Below, piece after piece: positions 27,634-36,543 of a DNA stretch of 64,000 bases. Within the stretch, counting starts at the first letter, position 1, and every line of letters begins with the position of its first letter. The notes beneath the pieces are model-generated. The model did no database searches. It worked only from the letters and a program-made list of their open reading frames with translations, and was not told the origin of the DNA. Origin of the DNA: Patescibacteria group bacterium (GTDB lineage Bacteria; Patescibacteriota; Microgenomatia; Levybacterales; GWA1-39-11); NCBI GenBank assembly GCA_035549295.1, contig DASZRG010000039.1:31-64030 (forward strand), given 5' to 3'. The position numbers were made by a program, and so were the translations under genes.

Positions 27634-28750
27634 AAGAAGCCTCCTTTTTTAGAACCATGTAGAAAAATTCTTCAAATTCGCTTGCAACGCGTGACCATGT
27701 GAACTTTGCAGCGTATCGACGAGCTTCTTTTCCGAGCTTGCCGTTTTGGTTTTTTTTGACTGCATCAAGCAACAGGCTTGCATACTCGTTTACATTGAAA
27801 GCTTTAGCCTTTGATGCAACATTGTCGCCTGTCCAAGAAATTCCTGGTATATCAAACGCAACGAGTGGAAGCTGTGAAGCCAAAGCTTCTAGTGCAAAAC
27901 ATGAAAATGTTTCATTTCTTGAAGGAAAAGCAACAAAAAGTGATTCTGACAAATATGCGGCTTTTTTGTCACCATAAGTTGGACCGACCATCGAAACTTT
28001 ATTTTCGAGTTTCAATTTCTTAATAAGTTCGGCAACCTTCTTCTCATCGGGACCATTTCCTGCTATAACAAGCGGATATTTAACTTTGTTTGCTATTTTT
28101 GCATAAGCATGGAGAAGCAGATCGATTCCTTTTTGATCCATATCAAGTCTGCCGAGAAAAAGAATATGCTTTGAGCGCTTTTTCTTTATTTTGAAGAATT
28201 CTTCACCGACACCTTCTGGTATAACTGTTGAGATAACTTTTGGGTTGGAAACCTTCATTTTCTTTTCAAAAAATATAGTCAACGCTACAAAATATTTGTA
28301 AAAACGAAGCCCAAAACGCTCGACTAGATAAAATGGAAGGTGGTACATTTTTGAAAAACGATCCGCTTCAAAAGACGTTGAAAGACCAACGACAGGAATA
28401 TTTGTAAACAAAGGCGAAAGAAGCGTTGAAACAGGAGCCGTAAAGCACTCGAGAATAACATCTACATTTTTGAGGCTTGTTACGGCAAGCGGTGCAGCAG
28501 CAAGATATGCGAAATTATTTACCTTAATGTTGCCCGTGCCAATACCGATATGCTTGTAATAAATTCCATTCTCAAATCTATCCTTATACCCTGGGTACTT
28601 TGAGCAAAGGACTGTGACTTTGTGTCCTTTCTCAACCAGACGACCACCAACCTCATAAGTTGCCCTTGCTTGGCCACCGTTAAGTATTGGATTTTTAACA
28701 TCATCAAGATCCAAAAACACAATATGCAGTCTTTTATTTATTTTCTTCAT
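27623..28750 (-). CDS. family 4 (GT1-clan) glycosyltransferase
   Basis: N-terminal LHIVFLDLDDVKNPILNGGQARATYEVGGRLVEKGHKVTVL. The C-terminal E-x7-E-like region is FPSRNETFSCFALEALASQLPLVAFDIPG. Confidence 0.7.
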   Translation of the reverse strand: MKKINKRLHIVFLDLDDVKNPILNGGQARATYEVGGRLVEKGHKVTVLCSKYPGYKDRFENGIYYKHIGIGTGNIKVNNFAYLAAAPLAVTSLKNVDVILECFTAPVSTLLSPLFTNIPVVGLSTSFEADRFSKMYHLPFYLVERFGLRFYKYFVALTIFFEKKMKVSNPKVISTVIPEGVGEEFFKIKKKRSKHILFLGRLDMDQKGIDLLLHAYAKIANKVKYPLVIAGNGPDEKKVAELIKKLKLENKVSMVGPTYGDKKAAYLSESLFVAFPSRNETFSCFALEALASQLPLVAFDIPGISWTGDNVASKAKAFNVNEYASLLLDAVKKNQNGKLGKEARRYAAKFTWSRVASEFEEFFYMVLKKEASYAK

Positions 28751-28751
28751 A

Positions 28752-31241
28752 TTAAAAAAGTGAGATTATTCGAGAGAATGCAGTTGTTGCTTTCGCAAAT
28801 GAAAATCTTGATTTTCTGGCCTCAACTTCCTCATAAGCGGTTAGGTAGAAGCTGTTTGCGCTATTTTTCCAGTTAAATTGCTTCGCCCACTCAAAGGCAT
28901 TCTTAGAAGTGGTATTTCTAAAAGATTTGTTTGTCAAAATTTTGTTAAGAGCTGCTGCAAATTCATTAACGTCCCCTACGCGCGCAAGAAGTCCAGTTCG
29001 AGTGTCAATTATCGAATCCCTCAACCCATTTGTGTCAGATGCAACGACAGGAGTCTTACACGCATTTGCCTCGATAACAGTTATTCCCCATCCCTCAACC
29101 TGTGAAGGCTGCACAGCAACCCATGCTTTTGACATAAGCTCGATTTTCTTAGAATTTGTGACTTTACCAAAGAACTTTACTTTTTTGGTAAGACTTTGCT
29201 CTACAACTATATCCCTTAGAATATCTCCCATATCACCTTCGCCTACGATCCAAAATTCAGCATTTTTAAGACGTTTTAGAATTTTTTTGAACGCATGGAT
29301 TGCAACATCGATATTTTTGTATGCCTTGAGTCTGCCAACATACACAACAGATGGGTATGTTGTTTTTTTGTATTTCCTGGAAGGAAGATCAATTCCTGGG
29401 TTGATTATTTGAATATTTGCCTCATTTGCAATTCCATTTTTTACTATTTCCTCTTTTGTCGAGGAAGAAACCGTAATCACTGTTCGGTTGCGATAGACGA
29501 ATGGCATTATTTTGCCCTCGATAAATCTTCCGATATATGAAAGGGGGAACTTCATTTGCGAAATAAACACGTCTTGGTGCACGTGATGGATCAGAAGAAG
29601 CACTGGTTTTGTTGAAAAAAGCGGTGTAAAAAATGGTATTCCATTCTCAGAGTCAACAACTACATCAAAATTTTTTCTAAATTTAAATATGTAGTAAAGC
29701 GCGGCCCAAATATATACCGTGTAAAATCCACCACGTCTTATCACTTTAACTCCATCGACAGTTTGGTTGCGTGCGCTCTTGCGATCATTCCCACAAAATA
29801 AAGTGACCGAATTACCCTCTTTCACCCACTGTTTTGCAAGTTCATGCACATATACTTCTGCGCCCCCTGCCCACATGTGCTTTGTGTCGCGCCAATTAAA
29901 TATCAGAATTCTAAGTCCGCGAGTATTTTTTTGGTTTTTCCATGGCAAAAACGCCTCAAAAAAGTCGTAAAGGTTGATTGCAACTGTTTCATATGTTGAT
30001 TCAAACATATATAAAAGTCCCAAAACAACAAGGTTTACAAAACCCATGACAATCATAACGTTTGCAATAGCAGCCATTGAATTGTGGTAAAGATTTATTC
30101 CAAGAATCTGAACAAGCGCTAGAAGAAAGCTTACAATTGGAAGTAAATGCTTACCTTTGATCTGCTGGAAAGCTACGATATTCGTTGCAATTGTAAAGGC
30201 AACCATAGATAGTGCGTATCCCGAGATTAGTGGCACAATAGGAAGCGCCTTACTTCCAAAAACAAGCGGCATTGTGATAAAACCAAGAGCTCCGAAGAGA
30301 ACATAGGCAGCGAAGCTTGAAACAAATGATGCAGCAAGAAGTTGATAGAAGACTTTTCTCGAGCTTCCACCCGCACCCTCTTTGTGGCTGACTATAGGTA
30401 AAATAAACTGGGCAAATAAATATCCAGCAAAGAAAACCATCTTACCTGAGAGAGATAAAAGTGCATAAAGTCCTGCTTGCTCTTGAGACAAAAAGTGCTT
30501 TGCAAGAACAACGTCAATCGAAAGATAAACAACTGTTGAAATTCGAGTCAAGGCTGAGGACAAATAAAAACCTGCTGGAAATTTTTCTTTTGCTTTAGTT
30601 TTAGCTTTCTCTGGAACTACTTTTACCCTCTGCGCGGCTATTGTAATCAATGAAAATGAAACAAATGTAGAGAAAACTACGGCTGCATATACATACTTCT
30701 CAAAGCCTAAAATAACCAAAACAAATGAAGCAACAAATTTTACAACAGACTCAATTACAGCGATTGTCGCCAAATAGTTAAACTCCAAATTTCCTGTTAG
30801 ATATCCTCCATCAACTGAAGCAACTATCGTGAAGAACCAGATTGGCGTAAATGCCAAGATAGGAAGTACACTTCCAATATTAAAAAAGTTAGCAATTTGT
30901 GAAGCAATAGCGAGCCATGCAACAGTTATAACTACTGCTAAAAGTATTGACCTGCCTCTAAGGTACTTCCAAAACCGCGTCGCAGGCTGCTTATACTTTC
31001 CAAATAAATATGCACTTTTATAAGTAACTGTTTTACCAAGGGCTCCTATTGGAATATCTGACAAGCTCAGGATACTTCCAAACAACGAAATTAAGGCGAA
31101 GTTCTCGATACTTATACTTCTTCCAAGATATGCGTTGTAAAGAAGGTTAAAAAAGTTTGAAAACACAGCTGCGCCGACAAGGTACGCACCTCTCTTTTGT
31201 GTTTTATCAGCATTTAAGATTTTTTTTGCGAATGATTTCAT
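28752..31241 (-). CDS. fusion: polysaccharide-biosynthesis/Wzx-like multi-TM flippase domain (N-terminal) + GT4 glycosyltransferase (C-terminal)
   Basis: About 12-14 TM helices in the first ~480 aa. The C-terminal segment carries RILIFNWRDTKHMWAGGAEVYVHELAKQWVKEGNSVTLF and EGWGITVIEANACKTPVVASD (GT4). The start is taken at ATG 31241 (MKSFAKK), 1 nt after the upstream stop. Confidence 0.6.
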   Translation of the reverse strand: MKSFAKKILNADKTQKRGAYLVGAAVFSNFFNLLYNAYLGRSISIENFALISLFGSILSLSDIPIGALGKTVTYKSAYLFGKYKQPATRFWKYLRGRSILLAVVITVAWLAIASQIANFFNIGSVLPILAFTPIWFFTIVASVDGGYLTGNLEFNYLATIAVIESVVKFVASFVLVILGFEKYVYAAVVFSTFVSFSLITIAAQRVKVVPEKAKTKAKEKFPAGFYLSSALTRISTVVYLSIDVVLAKHFLSQEQAGLYALLSLSGKMVFFAGYLFAQFILPIVSHKEGAGGSSRKVFYQLLAASFVSSFAAYVLFGALGFITMPLVFGSKALPIVPLISGYALSMVAFTIATNIVAFQQIKGKHLLPIVSFLLALVQILGINLYHNSMAAIANVMIVMGFVNLVVLGLLYMFESTYETVAINLYDFFEAFLPWKNQKNTRGLRILIFNWRDTKHMWAGGAEVYVHELAKQWVKEGNSVTLFCGNDRKSARNQTVDGVKVIRRGGFYTVYIWAALYYIFKFRKNFDVVVDSENGIPFFTPLFSTKPVLLLIHHVHQDVFISQMKFPLSYIGRFIEGKIMPFVYRNRTVITVSSSTKEEIVKNGIANEANIQIINPGIDLPSRKYKKTTYPSVVYVGRLKAYKNIDVAIHAFKKILKRLKNAEFWIVGEGDMGDILRDIVVEQSLTKKVKFFGKVTNSKKIELMSKAWVAVQPSQVEGWGITVIEANACKTPVVASDTNGLRDSIIDTRTGLLARVGDVNEFAAALNKILTNKSFRNTTSKNAFEWAKQFNWKNSANSFYLTAYEEVEARKSRFSFAKATTAFSRIISLF

Positions 31242-31242
31242 A

Positions 31243-33603
31243 TTAGATAAGAACGGACATAGCGAATTTAAGCGGCTTTTCAAAAGTTCTCCATCCAAAA
31301 TTACCAACGACATAAACAGCACGCACAGGTGCAGCTGCAACGCTTCTAACACTAATGCTTGGAAGTGCAGGAATATCAATCCAACCAAAAGTTTTTCTAG
31401 GTTGTTCGTCGACCTTCTTCTCAGGTTTCGCAGCAACTACCTGAGGCTTGGTCTTGAGAAGATGCAATCCGTGAACAGTCTTCTCCCAGTAATGAGGTTT
31501 GAAAAGAAGCTGGTACAATGCAATAAACGCTGAAATACTTATCATGATCCAGTAAATCGGGATCAAGTAAACATATTTCATGAGACTCCACTGACCCTTT
31601 TTTGCAACTCCGATCATGTAGTAATACAAGAACATGAAATTACCAAACACGAGTGAAAATACAGCCATATAGAAAACTGCGCTTGGGTAAAGAGCTTCAA
31701 TTTGTGGCCCTACGTAAGCATAGAGCGCAAAATATGCAATTGTTGCAAGCCATAAGAATGGATTTATCAAGACGAATGCAATTTTTCCACCGATAAGAAG
31801 CTGGAACATCAGTGAATGCTTCTGGGTCATTCTTGATTCGGATGGTCTCGTGTGAACGAGATATGTCTGCATGTAACCCTTGATCCATCTAGACCTTTGT
31901 CGCAACCAGTTACCAAAGCGGCTATTTGCTTCCTCAAGTGTTACAGAATCAATAATCGCAGTTTTAAAACCCTTCTTAAAAAGCCTTACACCAAGATCGG
32001 CGTCTTCAGTAACATTGAACGGATCCCATCCTTCAACGGCGCGAAGACTTTCTATCTTAAAGTGATTTGACGTACCACCAAGAGGAATAGTCGTATCGAC
32101 CGACTGTAATCCAGTAAGTGTTACATCAAACCAAAGCGAATATTCGGCTGTAAAGAATCGAGTTAGTAAATTTTGGTTAGGGTTGTAATAATTAAGTTTT
32201 GCCTGAAGACAAATAGTCTCGGCTGATACTTTCGAAAAGGCAACATATGCTTTTTTAAGCTGAAGTGGGTCAGGCATATCCTCAGCATCATAAATAACCA
32301 AATATTCACCCTTTGCATGCGATAGACCATAATTACAAGCCTTTGGTTTTGTTTTTGGTGCGGAATCAGGAACTATAAGAGTTCTTACGTATGATGGTAA
32401 GCTCATTTTTTTAACTGCCTCAATTGACTCTTGGTCGTCTGCTTCAAGAAGCAAGATCACGTCTAGTTTTTTCTTAGGCCATGAAATCTTTTCTATGGCG
32501 CTCATAAACTGAGGTATAACGTGAGCCTCTTTATATAGCGGACATAAAATCGTGTAGATCGGTAGATCACGATCATTAAGTCTTGCAATCTCGCTTTTTG
32601 TCGATGTAATCTCCTGTGGGTGTGCCAAACTTTTACCGATAAGGTACATGTTGAAAAGTACGTCGGCAAAATAAATCGAAGACAAGGTTGCAACTACGAT
32701 CTGTAAAGTTAGCTTTGTATTAATGTAAAGCCCAAGTAAAACGTCAAGAATTATAAGTCCTGAGATGATCTTTTGAGCAAGTGTAAACGTCGTAAGAGCT
32801 GATGCATCATGCTTTATCGTTGTGTGCGTTGTGTACTTTCTTTGTTTGTATCCAATACCCGCACCAACCATAGCCTGTCCAGTAGGCGCAAAATGAATAG
32901 GTTCTATTTTTTTCGCACGAACTCTTATTGCATTTATTCCTATCTCAAGAGTCTGTTTAACAAAGTTCATCTTTGACTCGCCATTTACACGAGGAGCAAA
33001 AGTAATATTCTGGTTGACTATCTTGAATCCCGCCTCTTTTGCACGGTGAAGAAATTCAAGATCAAAAGTCCAAGGAGACGTTGGGTCAAACTTGACAGAA
33101 TCAACAACTTCTTTTTTGAAAAGCTTCAAACCTGACTGGATATCATGTTTTAAGTTAAATAGAGTGCTTCCGAAGACAAATCGAAACACACGGCTAAAAA
33201 CTCTTCTCGAAACGGAATCTTGGTAATTCTTCCTGTTTGTGACAACAATATCTGCAGTATTTAACTTTTCAATCATTTCAGGCAACGCCTCAGGCGGATA
33301 TTGCAAGTCAGCATCAATCATCGCAACGCTTTCGTATTTCGCGTGACGCATACCCTCATAAATTGAATATGACTTACCTTTTTTACCCTGCTTGAGAAAA
33401 TATGAGACAGGATAAAACATCGCCATAGCAGAAATAGCTGAAAGCGTACTGTCTGTTGAATGATCATCAATGAAGATGATTTCGTATTTTATATTTCTTT
33501 TTGACAAAGTTTTGTGAACGCGCTTTATAAGATTCTCAACGCTTCCTTCTTCGTTGTATGTTGGAACGATAATTGAAACTGATTTTTTAAGTGTTTTACC
33601 CAT
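31243..33603 (-). CDS. dual glycosyltransferase: N-terminal GT2 (DPM1-like) + membrane-embedded processive GT2 (cellulose/chitin-synthase-like, QxxRW)
   Basis: The N-terminal segment carries VSIIVPTYNEEGSVENLI...IFIDDHSTDST...IDADLQY. The C-terminal segment carries TEDADLGVRLFKKGFK and the processive-synthase motif QRSRWIKG, with several TM helices. Confidence 0.65.
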   Translation of the reverse strand: MGKTLKKSVSIIVPTYNEEGSVENLIKRVHKTLSKRNIKYEIIFIDDHSTDSTLSAISAMAMFYPVSYFLKQGKKGKSYSIYEGMRHAKYESVAMIDADLQYPPEALPEMIEKLNTADIVVTNRKNYQDSVSRRVFSRVFRFVFGSTLFNLKHDIQSGLKLFKKEVVDSVKFDPTSPWTFDLEFLHRAKEAGFKIVNQNITFAPRVNGESKMNFVKQTLEIGINAIRVRAKKIEPIHFAPTGQAMVGAGIGYKQRKYTTHTTIKHDASALTTFTLAQKIISGLIILDVLLGLYINTKLTLQIVVATLSSIYFADVLFNMYLIGKSLAHPQEITSTKSEIARLNDRDLPIYTILCPLYKEAHVIPQFMSAIEKISWPKKKLDVILLLEADDQESIEAVKKMSLPSYVRTLIVPDSAPKTKPKACNYGLSHAKGEYLVIYDAEDMPDPLQLKKAYVAFSKVSAETICLQAKLNYYNPNQNLLTRFFTAEYSLWFDVTLTGLQSVDTTIPLGGTSNHFKIESLRAVEGWDPFNVTEDADLGVRLFKKGFKTAIIDSVTLEEANSRFGNWLRQRSRWIKGYMQTYLVHTRPSESRMTQKHSLMFQLLIGGKIAFVLINPFLWLATIAYFALYAYVGPQIEALYPSAVFYMAVFSLVFGNFMFLYYYMIGVAKKGQWSLMKYVYLIPIYWIMISISAFIALYQLLFKPHYWEKTVHGLHLLKTKPQVVAAKPEKKVDEQPRKTFGWIDIPALPSISVRSVAAAPVRAVYVVGNFGWRTFEKPLKFAMSVLI

Positions 33604-33605
33604 AG

Positions 33606-33836
33606 TTATTTATTTTTTTTGTTTTTTACAATATGGAATTCGATGAATTTAGAAAGAGAGGATTTTCCGATACGGTAGTGACCGCCAAATTCAATGGCTT
33701 CAAGTTTTTGAGCTCTGATATACTTATATATAGTGAGCTCGGATAGCTTCAAGAGATTCGAGACGTCCTTAACAGTAAGGAAGTCGTTTTCGTTATAATA
33801 TCTCATAGTTTTGGCAAGAATTGTCATATATACCAC
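33606..33836 (-). CDS. excisionase/Xis-family helix-turn-helix DNA-binding protein
   Basis: 76 aa. LTVKDVSNLLKLSELTIYKYIRAQKLEAIEFGGHYRI is a MerR-like HTH_17/excisionase-type domain. It is the first gene of the long minus-strand operon. Confidence 0.55.
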   Translation of the reverse strand: MVYMTILAKTMRYYNENDFLTVKDVSNLLKLSELTIYKYIRAQKLEAIEFGGHYRIGKSSLSKFIEFHIVKNKKNK

Positions 33837-34043
33837 ACTTTTCTCACCTTGTCAATACTATGAGTTACTTTTGTAGGCTATTTTGTTATCTTATAATCTG
33901 CAATTAATCTGAGTTATATTGGGTGATATGAGGTGATGTTGAGTAGTATTTGTCGAAAGTATCACAAGATAGAGATTGCGAATAATGAATAAAGAAGAAT
34001 GAATAATGAAAATGCGATAACTCGTTAACACGCCCACTAGCTA

Positions 34044-34110
34044 TTAGCGTTTAGCAGTTAGCTTTTAGTTAAGAATACCTACCAACCCCCAAGCGCCAAC
34101 CGCCAACCCC
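34044..34110. repeat. same element, copy B (divergent promoter region between the Xis-like gene and typA)
   Basis: ttagcgtttagcagttagcttttagttaagaatacctaccaacccccaagcgccaaccgccaacccc. Confidence 0.55.
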
Positions 34111-34116
34111 TTACAC

Positions 34117-34147
34117 CTGATACCCGTTTTGGGCGATCTGTTATAAT
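34117..34147 (+). promoter_or_regulatory. putative sigma70-type promoter of typA (TGATAC -35-like ... TATAAT)
   Basis: cTGATACccgttttgggcgatctgtTATAATat with ~18-nt spacing, 40 nt upstream of the typA ATG. Confidence 0.35.
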
Positions 34148-34187
34148 ATAGGTCAGCACCGCATTCGCCCATCGCGGTGTTTTATTT

Positions 34188-36002
34188 ATGATAAATATAC
34201 GAAACGTTGCCATTATTGCTCACGTTGACCATGGAAAAACAACCTTGGTTGATGCGCTTCTTAAACAGTCAAAGACGAAGATGCATAAGGATACCGCGGA
34301 ATCCCTTATCATGGACTCAAATGAGCTCGAGCAGGAGCGTGGTATAACCATTTTTTCTAAAAATGCGTCAGTCGTTTTCAACGATACAAAGATAAATATT
34401 ATTGACACCCCAGGCCATGCCGATTTTGGCGGAGAAGTCGAGCGTGTATTAAAAATGGCAGATGGGTGTCTATTGTTGATAGACGCCAAAGAAGGGCCTA
34501 TGCCACAGACTCGTTTTGTTCTCAAGAAGGCTCTTGAAATGAAACATAAGATAATAGTCGTTGTTAACAAAATAGACAAGCCAGACGCAAGAATTCACCA
34601 TGTACTTGATAAGACCCTTGAGCTCTTTTTTGATCTAGGTGCGGATGATGAGGCTGCCGACTTTCCTATAGTCTACGCATCGGCCAAAAACGGCGTCGCC
34701 GGGCTTGAGCCTGATATATCTACGATGTCTGACATAACTCCCGTTTTTGATGCCATTTTGAGCCAAATCCCGGCTCCTACAGGAGATCCTGAAAAACCGC
34801 TTCAAATGCTTGTCACAACACTCTCCTCAGACTCTCACCTTGGGAGAATTGCTATAGGGCGCGTCTATAATGGCCGCATGCGTCAGAGCCAGGAAATCGC
34901 CCAGATTACACGTGAAGGTAATATCAATAAATTCAAGGTAACGTCCCTCATGACCTTTGAAGGTCTAGATCGAGTAACAACCGAAGAGATTAGCGCAGGA
35001 GACATAGTCGCAGTTGCTGGGGTTGCGGATCCTGTCATCGGAGAGACAATTGCCGACCTTCAGAATCCGATTGCGCTTCCGCTTCTTAATATTGAAGAGC
35101 CTACAATTCGTGTAACATTTACGGTTAACAGTTCACCATTTGGTGGTCGTGAAGGTGAATTTAAGACTTCAAGACAGATTGAGGAGAGACTATATAAAGA
35201 GCTAGAGACAGATATGGCGCTACGAGTTGAAAACAATCCCTCGGGTGGATGGACAGTGTCTGGACGTGGAGAGCTTCATTTGGCCATACTCATGGAACGA
35301 ATGAGGCGCGAAGGATATGAATTCCAAGTCGCAAGACCTCAAGTTATTGACCGAGTAATTGATGGTAAGACACTTACGCCGTACGAAAAAGTCTACATCG
35401 AAGTGCCTGAGGAATTTTCGGGAGCGGTTATCCAAAAAATGGGGGAGAGACGCGGAGATTTGAAGGATATGAAAAATGAAAATGGGATAGCATTCATGGA
35501 ATTTGTTATCTCAACTCGTGGTTTATTTGGTTACAGAAGTGAGTTTGTAACCGACACACGAGGTCTGGGAATAATTAACACTCTCTTTTTCGAATACGCT
35601 CCGGATAATGGATTCTCTTATGAGCGCCAACAAGGCTCCATCACAGCATTTGAAACAGGAGTTTCAAATGGTTATGCGATTACGAGCGCCCAAGACCGCG
35701 GTCAACTCTTTATAGGACCTGCTGAAAACGTATATAAAGGTCAAGTTATAGGCCAGAATGCTAGAAGCGAAGATATATCTATTAATATATGTAAAACAAA
35801 AAACCTCACTAATATGAGATCGAAAGGTGAAGGCGTGAATGTCCACGTGAAAGCGCCTCGTCGCATGGGTTTAGAAGACGCATTGGAATATATAGCGGAT
35901 GATGAGCTTGTTGAAATCACTCCAAAGAGCATCCGCATACGAAAAGTAATTCTCGATGAGAATGAAGCACGCCGCCTCAGATCGCAGGGAAAACAAGTAT
36001 AA
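34188..36002 (+). CDS. typA: translational GTPase TypA/BipA
   Basis: VAIIAHVDHGKTTLVDALL, DTPGHADFGGEVER and NKIDKP. 604 aa with EF-G-like domain order. Confidence 0.9.
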   Translation: MINIRNVAIIAHVDHGKTTLVDALLKQSKTKMHKDTAESLIMDSNELEQERGITIFSKNASVVFNDTKINIIDTPGHADFGGEVERVLKMADGCLLLIDAKEGPMPQTRFVLKKALEMKHKIIVVVNKIDKPDARIHHVLDKTLELFFDLGADDEAADFPIVYASAKNGVAGLEPDISTMSDITPVFDAILSQIPAPTGDPEKPLQMLVTTLSSDSHLGRIAIGRVYNGRMRQSQEIAQITREGNINKFKVTSLMTFEGLDRVTTEEISAGDIVAVAGVADPVIGETIADLQNPIALPLLNIEEPTIRVTFTVNSSPFGGREGEFKTSRQIEERLYKELETDMALRVENNPSGGWTVSGRGELHLAILMERMRREGYEFQVARPQVIDRVIDGKTLTPYEKVYIEVPEEFSGAVIQKMGERRGDLKDMKNENGIAFMEFVISTRGLFGYRSEFVTDTRGLGIINTLFFEYAPDNGFSYERQQGSITAFETGVSNGYAITSAQDRGQLFIGPAENVYKGQVIGQNARSEDISINICKTKNLTNMRSKGEGVNVHVKAPRRMGLEDALEYIADDELVEITPKSIRIRKVILDENEARRLRSQGKQV

Positions 36003-36293
36003 AGTATTAAGCAATTACTTTTTAGTGATTAAGACTAAAGGAATTAGTGATTAAGATAATTGACTAATCACTTTAATCTTTTAATCCTAATCACTAGTAG
36101 AGACTTCTAGTATCTCGCATTCTCTTTATTAATTTAACCTAGTACATAAGGACCTAGTACTTAGTGCGCAGTTAAGTACAATAATTAACTACGAACTATG
36201 TTCTATTTCCTGCGTACTAGAGAGTTGCTCTTGATACTTTTGATACCCTTCACTATACTCTCCTTATACTTATCCGAGAGGAGGTGATATTAG

Positions 36294-36503
36294 ATGAAAA
36301 TACTACACATCGCTTCATACATTTTAGTCTTTATCGGCGGTCTTAACTGGGGGCTTATGGGATTGTTCAATCTTAATTTAGTCGACGCATTGATTGGCTC
36401 AGCTCCTCAGGTTGAGAAAATCGTATATATCTTGGTAGGTGTTGCTACAATATATTTGATCGCAACTCACAAGACATACTGTAAATACTGCAGTACAAAA
36501 TAG
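36294..36503 (+). CDS. DUF378 family small membrane protein
   Basis: GGLNWGLMGLFNLNLV matches the DUF378 signature. A strong RBS (gagaggaggtgat) lies upstream. Confidence 0.6.
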   Translation: MKILHIASYILVFIGGLNWGLMGLFNLNLVDALIGSAPQVEKIVYILVGVATIYLIATHKTYCKYCSTK

Positions 36504-36543
36504 CTTTCCAAAGTAATATAATTGTAGCCAGTTTTATTACGCT

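Noticed and set aside
33606-33836. The Xis/excisionase-type HTH protein as a prophage or integrative-element marker
   Set aside because: No integrase, recombinase, phage structural genes or att-like direct repeats are nearby. Small Xis-type HTH proteins are common stand-alone regulators. It sits as the first gene of the glycan operon.
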